From Macrostomum hystrix (Eukaryota > Animalia > Platyhelminthes), in the NCBI GenBank assembly GCA_950097015.1, contig CATNEN010000001.1, forward strand, positions 17,050,001 through 17,114,000: a stretch of DNA of 64,000 nucleotides. The letters are read 5' to 3'. Every line of letters begins with the position of its first letter. The stretch's first letter is position 1. Of the stretch, positions 12,001-22,800 are shown in pieces. The position numbers and the translations under genes are program-made. The notes under the pieces were generated by a model that made no database searches, was not told the origin of the DNA, and saw only the letters and a list, made by a program, of their open reading frames with translations.

Positions 12001-14987
12001 ATAACAGTCATTAAACTACCATGGGATAACACTAACAGTTAATAAGCTACAATGGGATAACAGTCAGTGGACTACAATGGGATAACAGTCATTAAACTAC
12101 CATATGATAACAGTCAGTGGACTACAATGGGATAACAGTCATTAAACTACCATGGGATAACACTAACAGTTAATAAGCTACAATGGGATAACAGTCAGTG
12201 GACTACAATGGGATAACAGTCATTAAACTACCATGGGATAACACTTACAGTTAATAAGCTACAATGGGATAACAGTCAGTGGACTACAATGGGATAACAG
12301 TCAGTGGACTACAATGGGATAACAGTCAGTGGACTACAATCGGATAACAGTCAGTGGACTACCATGGGATAACAGTCAGTGGACTACAATGGGATAACAG
12401 TCATTAAACTACCATGGGATAACAGTCATTAAACTACCATGGGATAACACTAACAGTTAATAAGCTACAATGGGATAACAGTCAGTGGACTACAATGGGA
12501 TAACAGTCATTGAACTACCATGGGATAACACTAACAGTTAATAAGCTACAATGGGATAACAGTCAGTGGACTACAATGGGATAACAGTCATTAAACTACC
12601 ATATGATAACAGTCAGTGGACTACAATGGGATAACAGTCATTAAACTACCATGGGATAACACTAACAGTTAATAAGCTACAATGGGATAACAGTCAGTGG
12701 ACTACAATGGGATAACAGTCATTAAACTACCATTGGATAACACTAACAGTTAATAAGCTACAATGGGATAACAGTCAGTGGACTACAATGGGATAACAGT
12801 CAGTGGACTACAATGGGATAACAGTCAGTGGACTACAATCGGATAACAGTCAGTGGACTACCATGGGATAACAGTCAGTGGACTACAATGGGATAACAGT
12901 CATTAAACTACCATGGGATAACAGTCATTAAACTACCATGGGATAACACTAACAGTTAATAAGCTACAATGGGATAACAGTCAGTGGACTACAATGGGAT
13001 AACAGTCATTAAACTACCATGGGATAACACTAACAGTTAATAAGCTACAATGGGATAACAGTCAGTGGACTAAAATGGGATAACAGTCAGTGGACTACAA
13101 TGGGATAACAGTCAGTGGACTACAATGGGATAACAGTCAGTGGACTACAATGGGATAACAGTCAGTGGACTACAATGGTATAACAGTCAGTGGACTACAA
13201 TGGAATAACAGTCAGTGGACTACAATGGGATAACAGTCAGTGGACTACAATCGGATAACAGTCATTAAACTACCATGGGATAACACTAACAGTTAATAAG
13301 CTACAATGGGATAACAGTCAGTGGACTACAATGGGATAACAGTCATTAAACTACCATGGGATAACACTAACAGTTAATAAGCTACAATGGGATAACAGTC
13401 AGTGGACTACAATGGGATAACAGTCATTAAACTACCATGAGATAACACTAACAGTTAATAAGCTACAATGGGATAACAGTCAGTGGACTACAATGGGATA
13501 ACAGTCATTAAACTACCATGGGATAACACTAACAGTTAATAAGCTACAATGGGATAACAGTCAGTGGACTACAATGGGATAACAGTCATTAAACTACCAT
13601 GGGATAACACTTACAGTTAATAAGCTACAATGGGATAACATTCGATGTATTTAACGAGATGTCTTCTGATAGATCTCAGAGCTGATTCCCCAGTGTCTAA
13701 TTTCTCCCATCCGCAGACTCAGCCTATCTGTCTGGCAACGACGACGAAGATGATTTGGACATCCTCGGTGGTGGCGGTGGCGACGGAATCTCCGGCGGCG
13801 GCAGTTCCGGCGGCGGAGGCGGCGGCGGAGGTCGCAGCGGCGGCAGTAGTCTCGGCATCGGTTGCTTCTCCGCCGCCTTCCGTCTGGCTGGCGGCGGCTC
13901 CTCCGGCAGCAATGCCCCCCTGCCACACTCAGCATCAGCAGGAGCTGCCCTCAGTGACCTCAGCGCCCTCCAGCAGCAACAGCAGCAGCTGCAGCAGCAC
14001 TCGGGTTCAAAGGATGGCGCTTCCAGAACCGAGCTAGAACGGCGCAACACGAATTTGAACCACCTGCTGAGCAATTATCGTCGGCTGCAGCACAGGCAGC
14101 TGCGCGCCTCGCTTGTCATCGCCTCAGGCGGTGGAACTGGCGGCGGTGGCGGCGGCGGCGTCAACGCAGCCGCATCGAACGGTTCCGCCGCCAGTTCCGT
14201 GGTGGAGCATCCGGTGATGAATCACTTGCTGCTGGGCCGGCCTAGTCCTGCTGTTCCGTCACCAGTCTCACCTGCGCCACCGCCGCCGCCATCAGCTCCG
14301 ACGGCTCCTCCAGCCGCTGCGATGATCAAAAAATCGTCGCCAGCCGTGTCGCCTGTTTCTCCATCGCCGTCCGTGTCTCTGTCGCCAACGTCTCGCCGAC
14401 CGGAGACCCTGTTGGCCATGGTGTCAAAACGTCTGAATAATGTTGAACCTACCGTCGACGCTGCCACGGACGAGTCGAGGCAGTCGAGGCCAGAGTCGCA
14501 ATCGCAATCGCCGGCCTCTCGCATCGATACCGGCGGCTTGGACATTGCTCTGGGTCGAACTATCGATCGGCAACGTTCATCTGCGGCTGCCAAACCCGCC
14601 AAGTGCGATGAGACACCGTCTAGGACTTCAGCAACACTGCTGGATCCGCAGGCGGCTGAAGAGACTGTCGATGAGCAGCAGCAGCAGCAGCAGCAGCAGT
14701 CGCCATCTTCAGGACCCGGCTTCGAAGATGGTGGCTCAGGCAGTCGAGAATGGCTGAGCTCGGCTGCTCAGCCCCCGCAGTTTTTGGCTTCGACTTCAGC
14801 CGCGGGTGCCGCAGCTTCAGCATCGGCTTCGGCTTACGCGTCCGCGTCTGGCGGCAGTGCGGCCTCCGTGGCGGCCATGAATCCGCACCTGCTGCGCGGT
14901 AATCGGCTTCGATTCGGGGCCCAGTTCGGCCTGTACAAATCGGTGCGCACCCAGCTGCAACAGCCGGCTAGCTTGACAAATCACTGA
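1..14987 (+). CDS. TBC1D30: TBC1 domain family member 30-like Rab-GAP, 5'-truncated. Exons <1-457, 6317-6444, 7465-7663, 8793-9203, 9880-10197, 13717-14987
   Basis: Spliced peptide has DAKLKFTIEP, AVARLPNGIPVEFRRKVWL, IVKDLHRTGC, YARWNKRVGYCQGFNVLAALILEVME and YEPPLVNVFTIQWFLTLFSTCLP, which match TBC1D30 and the TBC IxxDxxR and YxQ fingers. All introns are GT-AG and phases agree. Confidence 0.92.
555..1130. repeat. 21-bp minisatellite (TGCTCATTAATGAGTGGTCAT)
   Basis: Visible tandem units; source of ORFs 507-1082, 670-1065 and 701-1054. Confidence 0.9.
1945..3445. repeat. CA-rich 16/18-bp minisatellite (CACACATTCACTCACTAA)
   Basis: Visible tandem units. Confidence 0.9.
4335..4602 (+). CDS. 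Putative alternative first coding exon of the TBC1D30-like gene (MATVSG...QTILVS)
   Basis: ATG at 4335, 89 open codons with polyQ, donor CAG|GTAAAA in phase 1, compatible with the exon at 6317. Upstream CCAAT-like (3503) and GC-box-like (4142) motifs. Confidence 0.55.
4660..5440. repeat. 56-bp minisatellite with AAATCGTTACTT core
   Basis: Period 56 (4721 to 4777). Confidence 0.9.
5989..6291 (+). mobile_element. tRNA-derived SINE, family 1, copy A
   Basis: Degenerate A/B boxes (GCTCGATTCC), body shared with three other copies, 3' stem-loop, (ATT)n tail, 11-bp TSD ATCCAATCGTC at 5978-5988 and 6292-6302. Confidence 0.85.
6525..7380. repeat. 32-bp minisatellite (TTCGACTAGGATTATCGTAGATTGGTATAATC)
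   Basis: Visible tandem units. Confidence 0.9.
7692..8605. repeat. 33-bp minisatellite with AAATCGTTACTT core
   Basis: Period 33 (7759 to 7792). Confidence 0.9.
9204..9862. repeat. Pure (GTCA)n microsatellite, about 165 units
   Basis: Uninterrupted run filling TBC intron 9204-9879. Confidence 0.97.
10335..10760. repeat. 31-bp minisatellite (ATCCCTAGATTCCTTGATTCTATAATCCCAG)
   Basis: Visible tandem units. Confidence 0.85.
11420..13640. repeat. 25-bp minisatellite (GGACTACAATGGGATAACAGTCAGT) with longer variant units
   Basis: Visible tandem units with recurring variant blocks. Confidence 0.92.
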
Positions 14988-16881
14988 CTTGCCTCACTAC
15001 TTCAAGTAGCTTTTTAATGAGATCAGCCCGGCACTTTAACGCAATATTAGTCCCTGAGCACGGGTGGTATTTCAAATACAGTTTTTTCAGTATCTCCTAA
15101 AATATTCAACTAATCGCTATTAAAATCCATGGCGATTGGTCAGTGCCATGAAAACGTTCTAACAGAGCCTTTCAGCCAGGTTTCAACTGTACTACTGATA
15201 AGTAGGCGAGAATAGAATATTCATGTTTGTTATAATAAACCAGTACCGGATAGCCCAGTTTGACTATTTCAAATTGCTCTTCTTCAATCTATCTAGTCTA
15301 CATAAACAAAAGCAAAAAATGAAAACAAAATACCATGTTCTTTTACCACTAATATTATAATTGTTGTGATGTTAACTTTGTTGAGCTGTGAATTTTTATT
15401 GTGAGGTTGTCATACTATATTTATTTTTTTCTCGTTAATTTTCTTTCAATGAGGAAATCCTACTTGATCTTTCCAGGACTTGACTATTAACTATTAGTCA
15501 CATGATTAAAACTAAATTATAATTGCTTTTTAATCGTACCCTTTTTAGATCACAAAATTGGTCGATAGCTTTTTTTATTTCCAAAGATCAAATCTTGACG
15601 CGATTTTTTGTTGTTTGTGTATTAAATACGACAAAAATGTTGAATCCGTGATAAAATTATACACCGCTTTCAATTCATGACATCTCAGCAGAATATTGTT
15701 GTGGTAGATTTGTTTTATTGTTTAAGTTTTTCTATTCCTAAAATGACCACATTGAAATAATTGCTGAGCCCACATTTGTTCAACTTCGGTTTGATGTTAT
15801 ATCAGTGCTTTTAGTAACTGAATGTACACCATATATTTTCCGTGCTTGTTCTTTTAGTTTCAGATGAGTTAAATACACATTGTGAGCTTTTCAATGCTAT
15901 GCATAATCGCTGTGCTTGTCATTTAGGCTTCCATTAAAAACGCAAGAGCTACCGTCAAAATAGCAACTTTCTCATCCTGGTTCTGGGAATCCGGAAAAAC
16001 CTTACCACATGCTTACTGGTTTCCCTCGACTTGCTTAAGGCTTTTCATTTTTTATTTAATTGCTTTGAAATATTTATTGCTTTATGCGTCAGATCAGACT
16101 AGTGACTTTACATTAAGTTTACATCTACGCAGAAGACATGCTGTTATACGACTTAGCAGCATTAAAAAATAATTTATAAGCATGCGCCAGTACGTGGCCT
16201 TTCCTTGTATACTTCTCTGATTCCCACCACGTATTTGACAGCAGAACTTATTATATCAAATACGAGAATATTCTGCTGGGTGGACATATTTGCTTTCTTT
16301 CACGAATAAAAACTTATAGAATGATTTATTTTATTTATAAGGCATTATGGCTTATACCATAAGCCTTATGGATTATAAGGCTTGGGCCTTATTTTCGGCA
16401 AGCATCCAGTCTACGAAATAAAAAAGAAGTTAAAATAATTTTCTTTTTTATTTTTAAGTCTATGACACTAGCTAAACTTAGTTTTCTTACAATTTAGTTC
16501 AATATTAGCTAATTATTATGCGCAGTTAGCTACTTCTGCTTTTATTATTGTTTTACTAAGTTATAATAAACTGGTCAAATAAAATTAAAACTGCAAGGCA
16601 GTCGTCACAGTGGGCTGTTTTGCTTTAAAACCCTTATTCGACGCAAATCGAGGCACAGTTACTCGTCTTTTTCACCGTTAAAGGGTATATTGACGTGTAG
16701 AATATTTAATAGTAAGCTGGCTTATTGCTAAATCATTCTTCGGAGTTCAAATTGCACACTCTAACTATATAGTTTTACTTCCAATGTAGCCATCCCACCA
16801 GTCAACTGTAAGACATCCAGATTGGTCTTAAGAACTTAAGGTCCTCTTTTAATAATAACTAAATTAGCAAAGCGAGTCAAC

Positions 16882-19800
16882 ATGAATATTGACGCTCTAA
16901 AAGTAGCTGATTTAAGAGAAGAATTAAAGAAGCGAAATCTTTCAACAAAAGGTCTTAAAGCAGAGTTAACGCAAAGATTAAAAGATGCCATTCAAAAGGA
17001 ACAGCTATCTGATGGTAAGAGTTAGCTAGCTATTACTACCAGCTGATATTTGTTTACAAAAAGTGACTATATTATAGCATAACGCCTACATTTTTACACT
17101 TTGTGGACTATTTTTTTTCTAACAGAAGAAAATGCTTTGACTTTTTTTCAAATACATACACTTTATCATTTACCATGTTATGATATTAGTTGACAAAGTG
17201 ACATAAGTAGGCTTATGTCTGTTTGTAAAGGCTGAAATTTTCATATTCTAAATCTAAATTGTCATATCTATTTAGATTCAAACCTTTTTATTTTCCTTAA
17301 GCGGAATCTCCCAGAAACATGTTTCTCTAATGTACCCCCTTTATGCATTTCAGATGGCTTTTGCAATTGACTGTAAATAGTAAATTGATATCTATACAAC
17401 GTCTATTTGTTAAGCTATGGAATAGGTATAGCTTTGCCACTTCTTTAAAGCCAAAAGAGTTATATATTGTAAACAAATAAACATGTCTTGTCAGCATAGT
17501 AATCCTATTCCTATTCAATGTAAAAAACGAAATTTAATACTTTAATAAATGAGTGTTAATAAAAGATATTTTAATTCCATAGTGTAGATAAAAAATGACC
17601 TATATGCTTTTGGAATCTTTCAATTCCATAAAAAAAATAAATTAGTTATTGCAATATTTTTGTTTTCCAAGTCAAATCCATCCTGTCATCTAGATCACAG
17701 CCCCTTAAGGGAAAAATACATTACAAAAAAACTATTTTAATGTTGATTAAAAAAGTTTTATAACTTTTTTATTACCTGACCAATTTTGATGAGTGAGGTG
17801 AACTCGGACAAGCAAGATCTGTAATACAAGAAAACCAAAAATATGAATTTTAAAAATTAATAACTGGAGCCCCTCGCATAATTTTGAAAAGTTGTCCTCT
17901 TTGTGGTTTTTAATTCATGCAATTGTTTTGGTAGCTGGCCATTTCAGACAACCATTTCAGCCTCAAACAAATTTACCTACTTGTAAAGTAATATAAAATG
18001 TTAGGGTAATGTATCATCAACCAAACAAGAATGTGTATTTTTTAACTTAAAACCTAAGCTACAGATTTTCTATTTAAGATATGATGATAAATCAAAAGCC
18101 AAGTTATAGAAAACAGTTACATCTTTCTAAAAAGTATCTGCTTTTGCTATTTTATCATATAGAAAAAAGTTATTTCTGCTTTTTATCTAAAACCGAACAA
18201 TGATTTTCATGTATCTTCAAACCAAACAGAGAATTTGATGTTTGGTTTTACAATTTGAGTGAGTGGTTTAATCTTATTTTAAGGAGTGAACTATCAAGAA
18301 TTATGTAATTTGAAAGCATTTTTCATGCTCTATAAATAACTACATTTATGGTCATTTAATTGGCAGGCAACCACATACAATCTTTGTCTAAAGTACATAC
18401 AGAAAATTTTTTGTTAAAAAGTATGCTTTTGCAATAAAAATTTCTATTAAAACATCAATATCTTTCTTTCCTCTTAATGCTTCATTGCACATCATGCCTC
18501 AGCTTGTAGATAATTTCTTCAACTTTCAAATTAGTTGTTCTGTGAAACACAATAGCTTGTTTCTGTCTTGCACGAGACCAAGGAAGAAGTCAAAATTCTT
18601 GTTCGGTTTTGAAGATACACTGTTCGGTTGATGATACATTACCCTATCTCTATTAAAAAACTTAAACTTAAAAAATTTAAAAATAAATTAAATTTAATAT
18701 AATATTTGTTTAAAACATTTTTATTTGACTTCTTATTAGGAAAGTAGTTCCTAATCTTAAAATACATTTTTTTAGATATTAAAATCTATATTTGCAAGTG
18801 TTTGCGCTGTGCAGAACTAGATGTTATATCTCTTAAATAATGTGTTATATAAAAAAGTGATTAATCACAATGATTAAGTGTGCATTGATAAAAAACTGAT
18901 TATTTAATTATTGAGATTATATATTATATATTGAGGATATAATATTAATATATATTGTTATAGCATGCCACTGTATAGTATTTTTATCTATACTTTTTTA
19001 TTCTATTTTTTATTACCAACCAGCATATTCAGACAGAAAGTCCAATAATATCCACTTGTACTACTTCTCTTATAACTAGCTAAGCACAAGTGATTTAACT
19101 TGTAAAACTAACATTTTCATTAATTGTTTTTAGTTTTTTATTACTGCCCATGCTTATGCATTATTAGTTAAAGTAAAAATAGCTACATAAAATCCTTCAT
19201 AAATTAAAGTTTTATTATATACAATTTCTTCTGAAAAGGATGTAGCCATCCAGTAAGTATTTAACATTTTCAATGGAGCTCTAATTATTTTGTATCATTT
19301 CCTTGTGAAATAGTGATTCTACTATCTATACCAATTTCCTTTCTGCAATATTTAGGCCAGGCACCAGCAGCACCTGCTCCTGACATCGATGCTCTGCCAC
19401 CTGACGATTCCGCTGGCGATGCTGCCCTGTCAGCTGATGACACATCTGTTTGTTTGACACAATCTGAACAAGTGACCGCTGAAGAGAATGGAGGTGTCAG
19501 TGACCCTGTAAGTTGGTATAAATATCACTTAAAATATTGATCGTGTAAAGTGTCTGTTGATTTCATGAAACAATTGTACTTATCCTTTTTCTTTAGGCTC
19601 TGCTGCAGCCTATTGAAACACTTCAACAAACAGAAGATAAACCAGAGCCTACTCCAGAACCTGTTCAACCGCAACTGGAAGCCACACCAGAACCTGTTCA
19701 ACCAGAAGCCACTGCTGAACCTGTTCAACCAGAAGCCACACCAGAACCTGTTCAACCGGAAGCCACTGCTGAACCTGTTCAACCGGAAGCCACTGCTGAA

Positions 19801-22800
19801 CCTGTTCAACCGGAAGCCACTGCTGAACCTGTTCAACCGGAAGCCACTGCTGAACCCGTTCAACCGGAAGCCACTGCTGAACCTGTTCAACCGGAAGCCA
19901 CTGCTGAACCCGTTCAACCTGAAGCCACTGCTGAAACTGTTCAACCGGAAGCCACTGCTGAACCTGTTCAACCGGAAGCCACTGCTGAACCTGTTCAACC
20001 GGAAGCCACTGCTGAAACTGTTCAGCCGGAAGCCACTGCTGAACCTGTTCAGCCGGAAGCCACTTCTGATCCTGCTCAACTGCCTGAGCCAATGCAAGCA
20101 GAACAGGGTCCGGAATCGCAGGCCAAACAGGCTAAGCAGGATTCTCCGAAATTGGAAAACAAAGAAGACAACTCAGCTATCGCTTTGTCTAAAACTGAAG
20201 AGAAGGATCAGACAGAACCAGCGGCTGTAGCTCCGTCAGATTCTTCGTCTCCCCAGAGGAAGCGCCGACATCGCAGTCCGTCCCCGTCTGGCAGTCATCA
20301 TCAGCATCCGGAGCAGGAGCAGCAGGATGGCAAGCGATCGCGAACTACAGCTTCGGCCTCGTCGTCAACTGCCGGCTCCACTTCGCGGCATCATCATCAC
20401 GGCGGAGGCGGCGGCAGCAGCAGCCGGCATCATCGCAGCCGTCGATCTCGTTCGCGTTCTCGCTCCCGGTCTCGTTCGGCCCGATCCCGTTCGCCCGCTA
20501 GCGGAGCTGCCGCCGCAGCTGGTGCTGCCGGCTCTTCCTCCGCTGGCAACGACGCTATTGAAGCCGAGATCGCCGACATGCTGGGACCGGAGCCAGCCGG
20601 TTGGGAGTTGGACCAGCAGTCCAAGCCGCGCCTAGATCCCTATCATTGCGATCTGCATCTGAAGGTCGGCTGGCCAGATCGCCTGCACGCCAGGCCCGTG
20701 GCTGATGAAGGCTTCGCATTCTGTTGGGCTGGCGGTCGGGCTACGCACGGCGTGGCTCACGGCTCCGCCCAGCTGCAGCGCCCGCTGCGAGTCTGGTACG
20801 AAGCCAAAGGCACTAAGAAGGTGGAGGATGTTCGACTTCCCAGTGGAGAACCGGACAGTTGCGCTATTAGATTCGGCTGGATGGCCGACGGTGTTGGCAC
20901 CGATTTTCAGCTGGGTAAGTTTTCAAACTCATGTAGGTAGTCCGGAGTTCGATTCTCCGCCTTTTTGGCTCCGCTTAAATGACCGGTGATAATAAATGTC
21001 CGCAGGTGAGGCGCCTAATTCCTACGGCTACGAGAGTACAGGAAAGCGATGCGCCAATGGCATATTTGAAAAATACGCGGCTCCATTCGCCATCGGAGAT
21101 GTCATCACCTGCTACGCTGTAAGTTGATTGATTTTAAACACAATCCTTATTTATATTCGGCTTCTAAAATAAATGATGAAAAATTGAGACAAACTTCAGA
21201 GCGTTGGACATTGTCCTACGCTTTGTGATTGACACGTGCTTAATCTTTTCTGATCGATTTTAACATTTTTTCTGTACATGCATGCTACTTAGAATGACAT
21301 AGTTTTTTCATTAAAACCTGGCAATTTTTCTTAATGATGAAAACATATGACAAGTGAAGGTACGCCTTATGATTGACATGTGCTTAATCTTTTCTGATAA
21401 GAAAATCATTGCCAATTCATAATTGTAGACTATTTTTGTTTCTTAGTTAAGCAGCTTATTATATTAATGATGAAACTAACACGGACTAGAGTCTCAGAAC
21501 TCTACTTTATGATTGACAATTATTTGCTTCCGTTTCTGAACAAGCTGCTAGAAAATATTATATGGATTGTCATATTATAGTATTCCATACTATTAGGTAC
21601 ATATTTGTTGTTTATAGTCAGGCAAAATATGATGAAACCTACACGGACTAGAGTCTCAGAACTCTACTTTATGATTGACAATTATTTGCTTCCGTTTCTG
21701 AACAAGCTGCTAGAAAATATTATATGGATTGTCATATTATAGTATTCCATACTATTAGGTACATATTTGTTGTTTAAAGTCAGGCAAAATATGATGAAAC
21801 CTACACGGACTAGAGTCTCAGAACTCTACTTTATGATTGACAATTATTTGCTTCCGTTTCTGAACAAGCTGCTAGAAAATATTATATGGATTGTCATATT
21901 ATAGTATTCCATACTATTAGGTACATATTTGTTGTTTAAAGTCAGGCAAAATATGATGAAATCTACACGGACTAGAGTCTCAGAACTCTATTCATGATCG
22001 ACAATTATTTGCTTCCGTTTCTGAACAAGCTGCTAGAAAATATTATATGGATTGTCATATTATAGTATTCCATACTATTAGATACATATTTGTTGTTTAA
22101 AGTCAGGCAAAATATGATGAAACCTACACGGACTAGAGTCTCAGAACTCTATTCATGATCGACAATTATTTGCTTCCGTTTCTGAACAAGCTGCTAGAAA
22201 ATATTATATGGATTGTCATATTATAGTATTCCATACTATTAGGTACATATTTGTTGTTTATAGTCAGGCAAAATATGATGAAATCTACACGGACTAGAGT
22301 CTCAGAACTCTATTCATGATCGACAACTATTAGCTTCCGTTTCTGATCCGCTAATATAGATTATGAATTTATGCCATGGAGTTTCGTATGTTAGTAGAAC
22401 AATAATCGTTTCCTTTATCGCAGGACTATCCAGCTGACACAGATCTAGTCTATCTGTCATTCGCTGTCAATGGTAGCTATCAGGGCGCCGCATTCGCTGT
22501 CAAACTGCCAGCAGTGGACGAGGCTAATGTGTCCGCTACAGCTTTGTACCCGTGCGTACTAGCCAAGAACCTAGCCTTCGCTGTACAGTTTGGCTTCTCG
22601 GCTACCACAGGCGAAGAATCCTATTGGTTTCAACCGCCGCCAGTAAATATTACCGATTCCGGCACTGAAGATGCGGCCATTGTTGAAGAAGCATCCGAAT
22701 CTGAAGCCGAGCCTCGATTAGAGCCTCGTCCATTGGATTATAAGCTTCCTAGTGATGACTGGCTCAGCATGGCCCAGCTGATGCAAGCTAGGCCAAACTG

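Noticed and set aside
11420-13640. I-SceI-like sites (GGGATAACAG) in the minisatellite
   Set aside because: Only a partial match to the 18-bp site; coincidental.
21467-22346. CRISPR or TIGR-type prokaryotic array
   Set aside because: Eukaryotic intron, spacers near-identical rather than unique, no associated effector gene. Box C/D snoRNA explains it.
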